A stretch of DNA of 24,000 nt from Brenneria nigrifluens DSM 30175 = ATCC 13028 (GCF_005484965.1 NZ_CP034036.1:1328468-1352467), one strand, 5' to 3'. Positions 9,816-18,878 are shown, numbered from the stretch's first letter. Program-made: numbers and translations. Notes: a model not told the origin generated them from the sequence alone.

Positions 9816-10592
9816 TTACTCCACCCGTACATCAAAGCCGGGGAAGTACTGTTTGGCCAGCTTCTCGACGGTGCCGTCTTCTTTCACCTGCTTGATGGCC
9901 TTATCCAGCGCCTCTTTCAGCTTGGCGTCGTCTTTGCGCAGACCGAAACCGATGCCGCTGCCGAGAATGGTGGCGTCGTCAACCGGTTGGCCGATAAAGG
10001 CGAAGCCTTTACCCTCCGGGCGGTCGAGAAAGCCGGATTGTCCGGCCGCCGCCATCACCAGCGTGCCGTCCAGACGACCGGCCGCCAGATCGTCATAGGC
10101 CAGATTCTGATCTTTGTAAGAGATCACCGTGACGCCCTGTTTCTCCCAGTGCTCTTTGGCGTAGATTTCCTGAATGGAACCCTGAAGCACGCCGATGTTT
10201 TTGCCCTTCAGCGCCTCTGCCGTCGGCGCCAGTCCGGCCTGCGGTTTGCCCAGCAACTGGGTGGGGATGCGGTAAATCGGGGTGGTGAAATCAATGGCTT
10301 CTTTACGCTTTTCGGTGATGTTCATCGCCGAGTTGATGGCATCGAATTTTTTGGCTTTCAGCGCCGGAATCAGCGAGTCAAATGAGGTTTCGACCCAGGA
10401 GCATTTGAAGTTGCCGGCTTTGCAGATGGCATGGCCCAGATCGATATCGAATCCTTCCAACTGGCCTTGCGCATTTTTACTTTCAAACGGCGGGTATTCG
10501 GCTTCCACGCCGAAACGCAGTTCGGTCTGCGCCATGGCAAAGGAGGAAGAGAGTAAACCGAGCGATGCCAGCAGCATGTTTAATTTTTTCAT
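9816..10592 (-). CDS. Lysine/arginine/ornithine or histidine ABC transporter periplasmic binding protein (ArgT/HisJ family)
   Basis: Signal peptide MKKLNMLLASLGLLSSSFAMAQ; TELRFGVEAEYPPFESKNAQGQLEGFDIDLGHAICKAGNFKCSWVETSFDSLIPALKAKKFDAINSAMNITEKRKEAIDFTTPIY; C-terminus DGTVEKLAKQYFPGFDVRVE. Confidence 0.93.
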   Translation of the reverse strand: MKKLNMLLASLGLLSSSFAMAQTELRFGVEAEYPPFESKNAQGQLEGFDIDLGHAICKAGNFKCSWVETSFDSLIPALKAKKFDAINSAMNITEKRKEAIDFTTPIYRIPTQLLGKPQAGLAPTAEALKGKNIGVLQGSIQEIYAKEHWEKQGVTVISYKDQNLAYDDLAAGRLDGTLVMAAAGQSGFLDRPEGKGFAFIGQPVDDATILGSGIGFGLRKDDAKLKEALDKAIKQVKEDGTVEKLAKQYFPGFDVRVE

Positions 10593-10650
10593 ATCTGGAA
10601 CGATCTCCGTTAATTCGATGAGTTGTGATTAAAAATAGTGTCCCACAGCG

Positions 10651-11826
10651 TTAACGCCCGTTGCCCGCCACCTGGCACAGCGCTTTCGCCCCTGCCAGCA
10701 ATGTCGCTTCATCCTTGGAAAAAGAAAGACGAATCAGTTTGTTATCGGTGGCATCGGTATAAAACGCCGACAGCGGAATGGTCGCCACGCCTTGTTCCAC
10801 GATCAGCCGTTTCACCATTTCGCCGTCGCTCTCGTCGCTGAAATGCCGGTAATCCGCCAGAATGAAGAAAGAACCGGCGGAAGGCAGCAGTTTAAACGGG
10901 CCGTCGCGCAGCGCATCGACCAGGAGATCGCGTTTCTGCTGATAGAAGGCGCCGAGCGACAGATAGGTCGCCGGGTCGGCCATGTATTCCGCAAAGGCGT
11001 ACTGCATCGGCGTATCGGCGGAGAACATCAGGAACTGATGCACCTTGAGGATTTCATTCATCAGCGCGGAGGGGGCCAGACAGTAACCCACGCGCCAGCC
11101 GGTCACATGAAAGGTTTTGCCGAATGATGAGACAATCACGCTGCGCGCCGCCAGCGTCTGGTGGGTCGCCATGCTGTGGTGACGCTGATTATCAAACACC
11201 ACGTGCTCATACACTTCATCGGACAGGATCACGATGTCGGTGTTGCGCGTCAGACGGTCCAACTGCGCCAGATCGTCAGCGTTCAGCACCTGTCCGCTCG
11301 GGTTGTGCGGCGTGTTGATGATGATCATCCGGGTACGGGAGTTGATAGCGGCCTGTACCTCATCCCAGTCGATGCTGAAGGCCGGAACGGACAGTTTTAG
11401 CGCCACCGGTTTGGCGCCCTGTAGCCGAACGATCGGCGCATAGCTGTCAAACGAAGGCTCAAAATAGATCACTTCATCGCCCGGATGCACCAGCGCGGAA
11501 ATGGCGGCATAGAGCGCTTCGCTGGCGCTGGCGGTGATGGTGACCTCCTGGCTGGCGTCGTAGCGCTGGCCGTACAGGCGGTTGACCTTCTCCGCGACCA
11601 CCTCTTTGAGCGACACCAGCCCGGTCATTGGGGCGTACTGGTTATGGCCCTGTTCCATGGCGCGGGTCACCCCGGCGATAAGTTCGGGCGCACAGGGAAA
11701 GCTGGGCGCGCCCTGCGACAGGTTGATGGCGTTGTGCTGGCTGGAGAGCTGACTGATAACGGTGAAAATGGTGGTACCCACATCCGGTAATTTTGAGCTG
11801 AATTGCACCGGGGTTTGAATCGGCAT
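10651..11826 (-). CDS. ybdL: Methionine aminotransferase-like PLP enzyme (YbdL-type, class I/II)
   Basis: MPIQTPVQFSSKLPDVGTTIFTVISQLSSQHNAINLSQGAPSFPCAPEL...ASEALYAAISALVHPGDEVIYFEPSFDSYAP...INTPHNPSGQVL...SSFGKTFHVTGWRVGYC: PLP aminotransferase motifs with the YbdL-like N-terminus. Confidence 0.92.
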   Translation of the reverse strand: MPIQTPVQFSSKLPDVGTTIFTVISQLSSQHNAINLSQGAPSFPCAPELIAGVTRAMEQGHNQYAPMTGLVSLKEVVAEKVNRLYGQRYDASQEVTITASASEALYAAISALVHPGDEVIYFEPSFDSYAPIVRLQGAKPVALKLSVPAFSIDWDEVQAAINSRTRMIIINTPHNPSGQVLNADDLAQLDRLTRNTDIVILSDEVYEHVVFDNQRHHSMATHQTLAARSVIVSSFGKTFHVTGWRVGYCLAPSALMNEILKVHQFLMFSADTPMQYAFAEYMADPATYLSLGAFYQQKRDLLVDALRDGPFKLLPSAGSFFILADYRHFSDESDGEMVKRLIVEQGVATIPLSAFYTDATDNKLIRLSFSKDEATLLAGAKALCQVAGNGR

Positions 11827-11846
11827 ATCTATCTCCGTTTTCGCCG

Positions 11847-11874
11847 TAATAAGTGAATAATTATTCATTTATTA
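11847..11874. promoter_or_regulatory. 28-bp near-perfect palindrome (candidate operator)
   Basis: TAATAAGTGAATAA|TTATTCATTTATTA, 13 of 14 pairs complementary. Located 20 bp upstream of the ybdL-like start. Confidence 0.6.
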
Positions 11875-11878
11875 GACG

Positions 11879-11899
11879 TTGCGGCGGCTGGCGCCGCAA
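11879..11899 (-). other. Hairpin in the ybdL-like leader
   Basis: TTGCGGCG gctgg CGCCGCAA, perfect 8-bp stem with a 5-nt loop, next to the 28-bp palindrome. Confidence 0.5.
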
Positions 11900-12097
11900 T
11901 CGAATTGTTGTCATAATAGCCATGAGTAAAATTCATGGCTTAGCCGTTACTTCTCGCTATTCCGGCATAAATCTCAACGGGAGCGACGGGTTGGCTACGG
12001 ATTGCCATCAATTCGCAGCCGCGTTTTTCCTGGCGGCCGATAACATATTTATGTAGTCGATTTTCTTATGGCTCGTTGCTTTAGGGCAGGTTCGATA

Positions 12098-12979
12098 ATG
12101 AATAAACGTATTCCCCCCCTGAATGCCCTGCACGCGTTTGTGGTGACGGCTCGCCATCTCAATTTTACCCGCGCCGCGGAGGAGCTGTTCGTCACCCAGG
12201 GCGCGGTCAGCCGCCAGATCGCCACGCTGGAAGCCTGGCTGGGCGTGATGCTGTTTCAACGTCACGCGCGCGGTCTGCGGCTGACGCCGCAGGGCAGCCG
12301 GCTACTGCCGGAAATCAGCGAGATATTCGAGCAACTCTTCAGCGTGACGAGCAAAGTCCGCGAGCGCGGCGCCATCCGTATGAAGGCTCCTACCTGCGCC
12401 ATGCGCTGGCTGTTGCCTCATCTGATGAGAATGGAGCAGGCGCGGCCGGATATTCACGTATCGCTCACCACCACCACCGAACACGACGTCGATTTTCGCG
12501 CGGAAGACTATGATGCGGCGGTGGTGTTCGCGCCGGACGGCGCGCCGCGGCAGCATGGCGACAAACTGTTTGACGAGGTGCTGTCGCCGGTGGCGGCGCC
12601 GCATCTGCTGCCGGCCGGGCATGCAAGGCTGACGGCGCAGCAGCTGACGCCGTTCACGCTGTTGCATCCCACGCAGGATCGGCGGGACTGGAAACTCTGG
12701 CTGAAAGCCCAGGGTATGGATGAGGGGGTAATGCGCCGCAATCAGCAGTTCGATACCATGGATCTGGCCATCAGCGCCGCGATCCAGGGCTTCGGGGTAG
12801 CGATGGCGGATGTCACGCTGGTGGTGGAAGATATCCGGCGACAGCGCCTGGTAATGCCTTGCGACGAAACGGTAAAAACCGGCGCCGCTTATTATCTGGT
12901 GCATCGCCCTGATGTGCAGGCGCAATGGCTGAGCGATTTTCTGGCCTGTTTCACGCACTGTATTGAAACGGATTGTTGA
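12098..12979 (+). CDS. LysR-family transcriptional regulator, GcvA-like
   Basis: MNKRIPPLNALHAFVVTARHLNFTRAAEELFVTQGAVSRQIATLEAWLGVMLFQRHARGLRLTPQGSRLLPEISEIFEQL is the GcvA-type N-terminus. It continues to a full effector domain. Confidence 0.93.
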   Translation: MNKRIPPLNALHAFVVTARHLNFTRAAEELFVTQGAVSRQIATLEAWLGVMLFQRHARGLRLTPQGSRLLPEISEIFEQLFSVTSKVRERGAIRMKAPTCAMRWLLPHLMRMEQARPDIHVSLTTTTEHDVDFRAEDYDAAVVFAPDGAPRQHGDKLFDEVLSPVAAPHLLPAGHARLTAQQLTPFTLLHPTQDRRDWKLWLKAQGMDEGVMRRNQQFDTMDLAISAAIQGFGVAMADVTLVVEDIRRQRLVMPCDETVKTGAAYYLVHRPDVQAQWLSDFLACFTHCIETDC

Positions 12980-13066
12980 ATCTTTATCGCCGGTCGGTCG
13001 GTGTTGCGTTTTGCCGCCCGACAGGGGTTTTGTACTGTGAGTTTTCAACGTAAAACGGAGGATAAA

Positions 13067-13653
13067 ATGGCGGACGCTGAGCATGTGGGCAGTGTTTTTC
13101 GGCGGTTACATGAAGACGTCGGCGCATTTATTATCCCCAATCCGTGGGATGTCGGCACAGCCAGAATTCTGGCGGCGGTGGGGTTTCAGGCGCTGGCGAC
13201 AACCAGCGCGGGAATGGCTTTCTCTCTGGGGGTAAAAGAGGGAGAGGTGAGCCGTGAGCAAGTTATCCAACATTGTCGTTCGCTTGTCGAGGCAACGACG
13301 CTGCCGGTTTCAGCCGATCTGGAAAAGGGGTTTGGCGACAGCCCCGAAAGCGCGGGGGCGGATGTGCTTTATGCCCCGGATTACGGGATTTGGATACCAT
13401 CCGCACCCTCTGCCAGTCACTGACGAAACCGGTTAACGTAATAGCCGGTATTCAGGGAACAACCTTTAGCGTCGATCAGTTGGCGCATGCAGGCGTCAAG
13501 CGTATCAGTGTCGGATCGGCGTTATCCCGACTGGCTCTAGGCTCGTTTATCCGGGCGGTGGAGGAAATGAACAATTCGGGTTCTTTCTTATCGCTGGATG
13601 ATGCAATAGGCTTTGCCGACATTGAAGGTTACTTCACCTCCGCCAGCCGTTAA
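13067..13653 (+). pseudogene. Isocitrate lyase/PEP mutase (oxaloacetate hydrolase-like) family gene, internally deleted and frameshifted
   Basis: The first frame reads MADAEHVGSVFRRLHEDVGAFIIPNPWDVGTARILAAVGFQALATTSAGMAFSLG...LPVSADLEKGFGDSPE and jumps directly to SAGADVLYAP. A frameshift near 13375-13380 then moves GLRDLDTIRTLCQSLTKPVNVIAG...VKRISVGSALSRLALGSF to another frame. Confidence 0.88.
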
Positions 13654-13918
13654 TCAATTCGCACCGCGGGATTTTGGGTAGGTTAAACGGTATCGTCGAT
13701 GCGTTAACCTGCCGCCATCGCGGCTACGGATAATCGCTATTACGGCGCTACTACCTTTCGCGTTTAGAGGGAACTGTCTTTTCTTCGGCACCATGGGGTA
13801 AACGATAACCTTTATCCCGCCACTCAAGCTATTCAGATATATATTATTTTCTTTGGTTATTTGCTGGCCGGGCGGCAGCGGCGAATACTTTATGCTCCCT
13901 ATAATGTGAGAATGGTGC

Positions 13919-14980
13919 ATGATTATGCTGCAACCGATCTTCTCCGGACTGTTATGCGGCGCATTGCTTGGCTTTGTGATGCAACGCGGCAGATTCTGTC
14001 TTACCGGCGGTTTTCGCGATATGTATATCGCTAAAAATAACCGCATCTTTTACGCCCTGTTAATCGCCATTGCGATTCAAAGCGTCGGGGTTTTCGCCCT
14101 GATCGCCGCCGGGCGATTAAGCTACGACGCCGGCGCTTTTCCCTGGTTCGGCACCGTGCTGGGCAGCTATGTTTTCGGCATCGGGATCATAATGGCGGGC
14201 GGGTGCGCCACCGGCACCTGGTATCGCGCCGGCGAAGGGCTTATCGCCAGTTGGATCGCGCTGTTCGCCTATATGCTTTCCAGCGCCGTGATGCGATCTG
14301 AACATTTGACCGCCTTCAACCGGCAGATAAAGTCGCTGAGCACCGAACATAACTCCATTGCCGAAACGCTGGGCCTGTCGCCTTGGCTGTTTATCGCGCT
14401 GCTGATCGCAGTGACCGGCTGGCTGGTGGCGAAAGAGCTGAAAAAGCCCAGGCTGAAGGTCGCCGCGCTGCCGCAGCGGAAATTCGGTCTGGCGCACCTG
14501 TTATTTGAAAAACGCTGGCATCCGTTCGTCACCGCGGTGCTGATTGGGCTTATCGCCCTGCTGGCCTGGCCGCTCAGCGCGGCCACCGGGCGGGTGTTCG
14601 GCCTGGGCATTACCACGCCCAGCGCCAATATCTTGCAGTATCTGGTGATCGGGAATGACAAGTTTCTTAACTGGGGCGTGCTCCTGGTGTTAGGGATTTT
14701 TCTGGGGTCGTTTATCGCCGCCAAAGGTAGTCGTGAATTCCGTATCCGCGCCGCCGACGCCGCGACCTCGGTGCGCAGTTTCTCCGGAGGCATTCTGATG
14801 GGATTCGGCGCCAGTATCGCCGGCGGGTGCTCTATCGGCAACGGTCTGGTGATGACCGCGCTGATCACCTGGCAGGGCTGGGTCGGGCTGGCCTGTATGA
14901 TTCTGGGGGCATGGACGGCTTCATGGTATTTATTCGTCCGTCCGCAGCGTCAGGCGAATCTGCAAGCCGCCTCCAACTGA
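13919..14980 (+). CDS. tsuA: YeeE/YedE family transporter, thiosulfate uptake-like (TsuA)
   Basis: FSGLLCGALLGFVMQRGRFCLTGGFRDMY...FGIGIIMAGGCATGTWYRAGEGL...GGILMGFGASIAGGCSIGNGLVMTALITWQGWV: conserved Cys-containing GGCATG/GGCSIG motifs of the family. Followed by a TusA-like gene. Confidence 0.92.
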   Translation: MIMLQPIFSGLLCGALLGFVMQRGRFCLTGGFRDMYIAKNNRIFYALLIAIAIQSVGVFALIAAGRLSYDAGAFPWFGTVLGSYVFGIGIIMAGGCATGTWYRAGEGLIASWIALFAYMLSSAVMRSEHLTAFNRQIKSLSTEHNSIAETLGLSPWLFIALLIAVTGWLVAKELKKPRLKVAALPQRKFGLAHLLFEKRWHPFVTAVLIGLIALLAWPLSAATGRVFGLGITTPSANILQYLVIGNDKFLNWGVLLVLGIFLGSFIAAKGSREFRIRAADAATSVRSFSGGILMGFGASIAGGCSIGNGLVMTALITWQGWVGLACMILGAWTASWYLFVRPQRQANLQAASN

Positions 14981-14999
14981 TCGCGTTATAGGAGTCGTT

Positions 15000-15224
15000 A
15001 TGATTAAAAAGCTTGATGTTATCAACCAGGTCTGTCCGTTTCCGCTGATTGAAGCGAAAGCGGCGATGGCGACGCTGCAATCCGGCGACGAGCTGGTGAT
15101 TGATTTCGACTGCACCCAGGCCACCGAGAGTATTCCGCTGTGGGCGGCGCAAGAGGGACACGTCGTCTCCGACTATCGGCAGGTGGGCGACGCCCAATGG
15201 AGCATCACGGTGAGGAAAAGCTGA
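15000..15224 (+). CDS. tsuB: TusA-like sulfurtransferase (YeeD/TsuB-type)
   Basis: MIKKLDVINQVCPFPLIEAKAAMATLQSGDELVIDFDCTQATESIPLWAAQEGHVV contains the CPxP motif of TusA/YeeD proteins. It lies 19 bp downstream of the YeeE/YedE gene. Confidence 0.92.
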   Translation: MIKKLDVINQVCPFPLIEAKAAMATLQSGDELVIDFDCTQATESIPLWAAQEGHVVSDYRQVGDAQWSITVRKS

Positions 15225-15264
15225 TATTCTGCGCATCCCATAGCCTTTGGCAACGCCAGGGGAA

Positions 15265-16212
15265 TCAACGGGGGGTGGCATTTTTCGCGCCGAATTCAGG
15301 TAATAAGTCGTCGGTGCCGGGCGCCTGATTGCGGAACACGCGCGCGCAGAGAAAATCGACCAATGCCCGAACCTTGGGGGAGGGATGTTTGCTGGCGGGC
15401 CACAGCACGTGGAAAGTGCCCGTTCGCACCACATGATCGGTCAGCACGCCGCGCAGTCGTCCGTCGGCCAGCAGTTCTTTTACCGAGAAATCCGGCAAAA
15501 AAGCGATGCCGCGGCCTTGCAGCGCAAAGCATACGCGGGTTTCGATGTTATTGCAGACCATCGAGATCGGCACCTGCGGTTCGGGTTCGCCGGCGGCGCG
15601 GCGCAGCGGCCACGTCTCCAGTTTGCCGCTGTTCGGAAAGCGGTAGTGCAGGCAGCTATGGTCGAGCAGGTCGGCGGGCGTCTGCGGCGTCCCCCGTCGC
15701 GACAGATAGTCGGGGGAGGCGACCAGCGTCGCCCGGAAGGCGCCCAGCCGGCGCGCGGACAGACGCGAGTCGGAGGGGGCGCCGGTCCTGACCACGGCAT
15801 CAAAACCTTCGCCGATGACATCGACCAGCCGGTCGGTGAAGTCCAGATCCAGTTCAATCGCCGGATATTTATGCATAAACTCGCTGAGAGCGGGCAATAT
15901 CAGCGAACTGACCAGCGGCAGGCTGACCCGCAGACGACCGCGCGGCGCCGCCGCCGTCTGCGACAGTTCCAGCTCCGCGGCTTCGATTTCAGCGAGGATG
16001 CGGCGGCTGCGTTCCAGGAACAGCTCGCCTTCAGCCGTCAGCGTAATGCTGCGCGTGCTGCGATGAAACAGACGAACGCCGAGCTTTCCCTCCAGTCGCG
16101 CCACGCTCTTGCCGACGGCCGAGGCCGACACGCCCAACAGCCTTCCCGCCGCGACGAAGCTGCGCGTTTCGGCGACCTGCACAAACACCGTAAAACTATT
16201 CAGACTATCCAT
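15265..16212 (-). CDS. LysR-family transcriptional regulator
   Basis: MDSLNSFTVFVQVAETRSFVAAGRLLGVSASAVGKSVARLEGKLGVRLFHRSTRSITLTAEGELFLERSRRILAEIE plus full effector domain. The start was chosen at the internal Met of the longer ORF. Confidence 0.95.
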   Translation of the reverse strand: MDSLNSFTVFVQVAETRSFVAAGRLLGVSASAVGKSVARLEGKLGVRLFHRSTRSITLTAEGELFLERSRRILAEIEAAELELSQTAAAPRGRLRVSLPLVSSLILPALSEFMHKYPAIELDLDFTDRLVDVIGEGFDAVVRTGAPSDSRLSARRLGAFRATLVASPDYLSRRGTPQTPADLLDHSCLHYRFPNSGKLETWPLRRAAGEPEPQVPISMVCNNIETRVCFALQGRGIAFLPDFSVKELLADGRLRGVLTDHVVRTGTFHVLWPASKHPSPKVRALVDFLCARVFRNQAPGTDDLLPEFGAKNATPR

Positions 16213-16237
16213 AACGCGCCTCAATTGCGGACATCTG

Positions 16238-16256
16238 GTTCCTAATAACCAGGAAC
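16238..16256. promoter_or_regulatory. Dyad in the LysR-MFS divergent spacer (candidate LysR-type operator)
   Basis: GTTCCT AATAACC AGGAAC, perfect 6-bp arms, 26 bp from the LysR ATG. Confidence 0.45.
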
Positions 16257-16419
16257 TGTACCCTACTTTTTCTTTAATGAAAGACTTTCTATGGTAGTGG
16301 AGAAATTCACCATGAAAGAAGGGATCTGTTTTGACTGACGCCACATTTTCGCTGCGTATGCCCGACTGCTTCGCCGCTTGTTTATCCGATGCCGCCTTTG
16401 TTTCTCCGGGGGCGGGACG

Positions 16420-17628
16420 ATGAGCGCGGCGCAGAAACAAGGGACGAGGAATGCGCTTTTACCGCCAGGCGACCGACTCCCGATGGCCGCGCTGCTCGCT
16501 CTCTCGATGGCGGCCTTTATCACCATTCTGACCGAGGCGCTTCCGGCGGGGCTGTTGCCGCAAATGTCCCGGAGTCTTGCGGTTTCCGAGGCATTGGTCG
16601 GCCAAACCGTCACCTGTTATGCCATCGGTTCCCTGGTCGCGGCCATTCCGTTGACCGCCGTCACGCAGAGTATGCGGCGCAGAGCGCTGTTATTGACTGC
16701 TATCGCCGGTTTTGTCGCCGCCAACACCATCACCGCGATTTCCGCGAGCTATGCGTTGACGATGGTCGCCCGATTTCTGGCGGGCGTATCGGCGGGGCTG
16801 CTATGGGCGCTGCTGGCAGGGTACGCCGCACGCATGGTGCCTGAACATCAGAAAGGGCGCGCCATCGCCATCGCCATGGTGGGAACGCCGTTGGCGCTGT
16901 CGCTGGGCGTGCCCGCCGGCGCCTTTCTCGGCGCGCTGGTGGGGTGGCGCGCCTGTTTCGGCCTTATGAGCCTGCTGGCGTTGCTGCTGATGTTATGGGT
17001 GCGGATCAAGGTGCCGGATTTCCCAGGCGTGGCGATGGGGAAACAACAGTCTGTGGCGCGCGTGTTCGTCATCGCCGGCATTCGTCCGGTGCTGTTTGTG
17101 GTGCTGTCCTTTGTACTGGCGCACAACATTCTCTATACCTATATCGCCCCCTTTCTGGCGAGGTTCGAGATGTCCGAACGGACCGATGCGGCGCTGCTGG
17201 TTTTCGGCATCGCCTCGCTGATTGGTCTGTGGATCACCGGCGCGCTGATCGACCGCCACCTGCGCGCGCTGACTCTTGCCAGTACGCTATTGTTTGGCCT
17301 CGCGGCGTTAGCGCTGGGCGTGTCCGGCAATGCGCCGGCCATGGTTTATGCGGCCATCGCCGCCTGGGGGCTTGCTTTTGGCGGCGCGCCGACGCTGTTG
17401 CAGATGGCGCTGGCCAGAACGGCGGGAGAAGCGGCGGATGTCGCGCAGTCCATGCTGGTGACCGCCTGGAACGCGGCCATCGCCGGCGGCGGTATTATCG
17501 GCGGCGTATTGCTTGACCAGGCGGGCGTCGGCGCGTTTTCGCCCGCCGTTCTGGTCTTGCTGACGGCCACGCTGGCGGTGGTGTGGCGTGCGGCGCGGCA
17601 CGGCTTTCCGTCATCGGTGAAGCGCTGA
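16420..17628 (+). CDS. MFS transporter (drug/arabinose efflux permease-like)
   Basis: MSAAQKQGTRNALLPPGDRLPMAALLALSMAAFITILTEALPAGLLPQMSRSLAVSEALVGQTVTCYAIGSLVAAIPLTAVTQSMRRRALLLTAI...: 12-TM type DHA1 permease. Divergent from the LysR gene. Confidence 0.93.
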   Translation: MSAAQKQGTRNALLPPGDRLPMAALLALSMAAFITILTEALPAGLLPQMSRSLAVSEALVGQTVTCYAIGSLVAAIPLTAVTQSMRRRALLLTAIAGFVAANTITAISASYALTMVARFLAGVSAGLLWALLAGYAARMVPEHQKGRAIAIAMVGTPLALSLGVPAGAFLGALVGWRACFGLMSLLALLLMLWVRIKVPDFPGVAMGKQQSVARVFVIAGIRPVLFVVLSFVLAHNILYTYIAPFLARFEMSERTDAALLVFGIASLIGLWITGALIDRHLRALTLASTLLFGLAALALGVSGNAPAMVYAAIAAWGLAFGGAPTLLQMALARTAGEAADVAQSMLVTAWNAAIAGGGIIGGVLLDQAGVGAFSPAVLVLLTATLAVVWRAARHGFPSSVKR

Positions 17629-17649
17629 GAGGGAGGCGAAAGTCGTCGC

Positions 17650-17688
17650 GGCGTTAGCGCTGTCTGTCGCGATGATATGGCTAACGCC
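17650..17688. repeat. Imperfectly spaced inverted repeat downstream of the MFS gene
   Basis: GGCGTTAGC (17650-17658) and GCTAACGCC (17680-17688), 9-bp perfect arms separated by 21 nt. Confidence 0.5.
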
Positions 17689-17737
17689 AGGTAGCGGCTT
17701 GTCCGCGAACTGCCGCCGCAACCATCGCCGGACCCGC

Positions 17738-18229
17738 TCACTGCCCGTCGATCCTGACCCGTTCCACCAGAAAGTCCAGCAAGGCGCGCACCGCCACGTC
17801 GGTGCGCTGCTCCAGAATATCGATGACTTCATCGGTAAGGACGATATCCAGCATCACGTCGGGATAACGCGTCAGAAATTCCGCGGCCAGCGGCAGCGGA
17901 AAATGGTTGCCGAAGGTGACGTTGGCATTGACCCTCAGCCGCCCGCGCGGCGTCGAGTGGGCGCTGACGCAGCGTTCCGCTTCGTTCAGATCGTTCAGGA
18001 TGCGCACGCCGCGCTCGTAAAAGGCGCAGCCTTCCGGCGTAAGTTGCAGCTGGCGCGTGGAGCGGTTCAGCAGCCGGGTGCCCAGCCGCCGCTCAAGCCG
18101 CGCGACCAGCTTGCTTACGGCGGAGGGCGTCATGCCGCAGGCCCGGGCGGCGGCGGAAAATCCGCCCAGTTCGACGGCCTGTACAAACACCTCCAGTTCC
18201 CCGGAACGGTTGACCTCCAGACGCGCCAT
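17738..18229 (-). pseudogene. LysR-family regulator with internal deletion of most of the effector domain
   Basis: An intact HTH and start of the effector (...GELEVFVQAVELGGFSAAARACGMTPSAVSKLVARLERRLGTRLLNRSTRQLQLTPEG...DEVIDILEQRTDVAVR) is joined directly to the typical extreme C-terminus ALLDFLVERVRIDGQ*. Total length is ~160 aa instead of ~300. Confidence 0.8.
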
Positions 18230-18340
18230 AACGGCCTCCTTAATGACTTCAATTCACAACTGTTTTTCCTGATGCCAGTCTAGTTCATTCATGTCGTTGA
18301 GTTCATCATGTAGTGACACATTGCTACTGAATTCACTGAT

Positions 18341-18878
18341 ATGAAAAAACTCACTCAATTCTCTGGTTCCCTGATGCTGAGCGTGGCGCTTGCCGCCGGT
18401 CTATTCCCCGCCGCCGTGCGCGCCGCCGATGAACCGTCTTGGGTCGCGTCGTGGAGCGCCAGCCCTCAGCCGGTGTGGGGTACGGATTTCCTGTTTCCTC
18501 TCAATGCGCCGAGCGAACTGCATCATCAAACCGTACGCCAGATAGCGCGCGTCAGTCTGGGCGGAGAGCGGGTGCGTATCCTGCTGTCCAATGCCTATGG
18601 CCGTCAGCCGGTGACGCTGGGGAAAGCGACGCTGGCGCTGCCGGCGAAGGACGGCGCGCTGGTTGCCGACAGCCTGCGTACCCTGACGTTCGGCGGGCGG
18701 GAAACGGCGACGATCCTCCCCGGCGCAACGCTTATCAGCGATCCGGTCGCCCTGTCCGTGCCGGCGCTGGCGGCGCTGACGACGGGCTATCGTCAATTGA
18801 TCGCTCAGGCGCACCGCCGCGGCGTGCGCGTTATCGGCGCTACGCTGACGCCGTTCGCCGGCGCGCTGCCCGACACGC
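18341..18878 (+). pseudogene. SGNH/GDSL hydrolase-family gene remnant, internally deleted and 3' truncated
   Basis: Signal peptide then ADEPSWVASWSASPQPVWGTDFLFPLNAPSELHHQTVRQIARVSLGGERVRILLSNAYGRQPVTLGKATLAL... (N-terminal domain of these hydrolases). After SVPALAALT it jumps to TGYRQLIAQAHRRGVRVIGATLTPFAG, omitting the GDSxTDG catalytic block. Confidence 0.8.

Noticed and set aside
15385-16245. 286-aa plus-strand ORF opposite the LysR gene
   Set aside because: Antisense frame of a full-length LysR gene. No recognisable motif.
16944-17516. 190-aa ORF overlapping the MFS gene in another frame
   Set aside because: Shadow frame inside a complete MFS gene. No start context or motif support.
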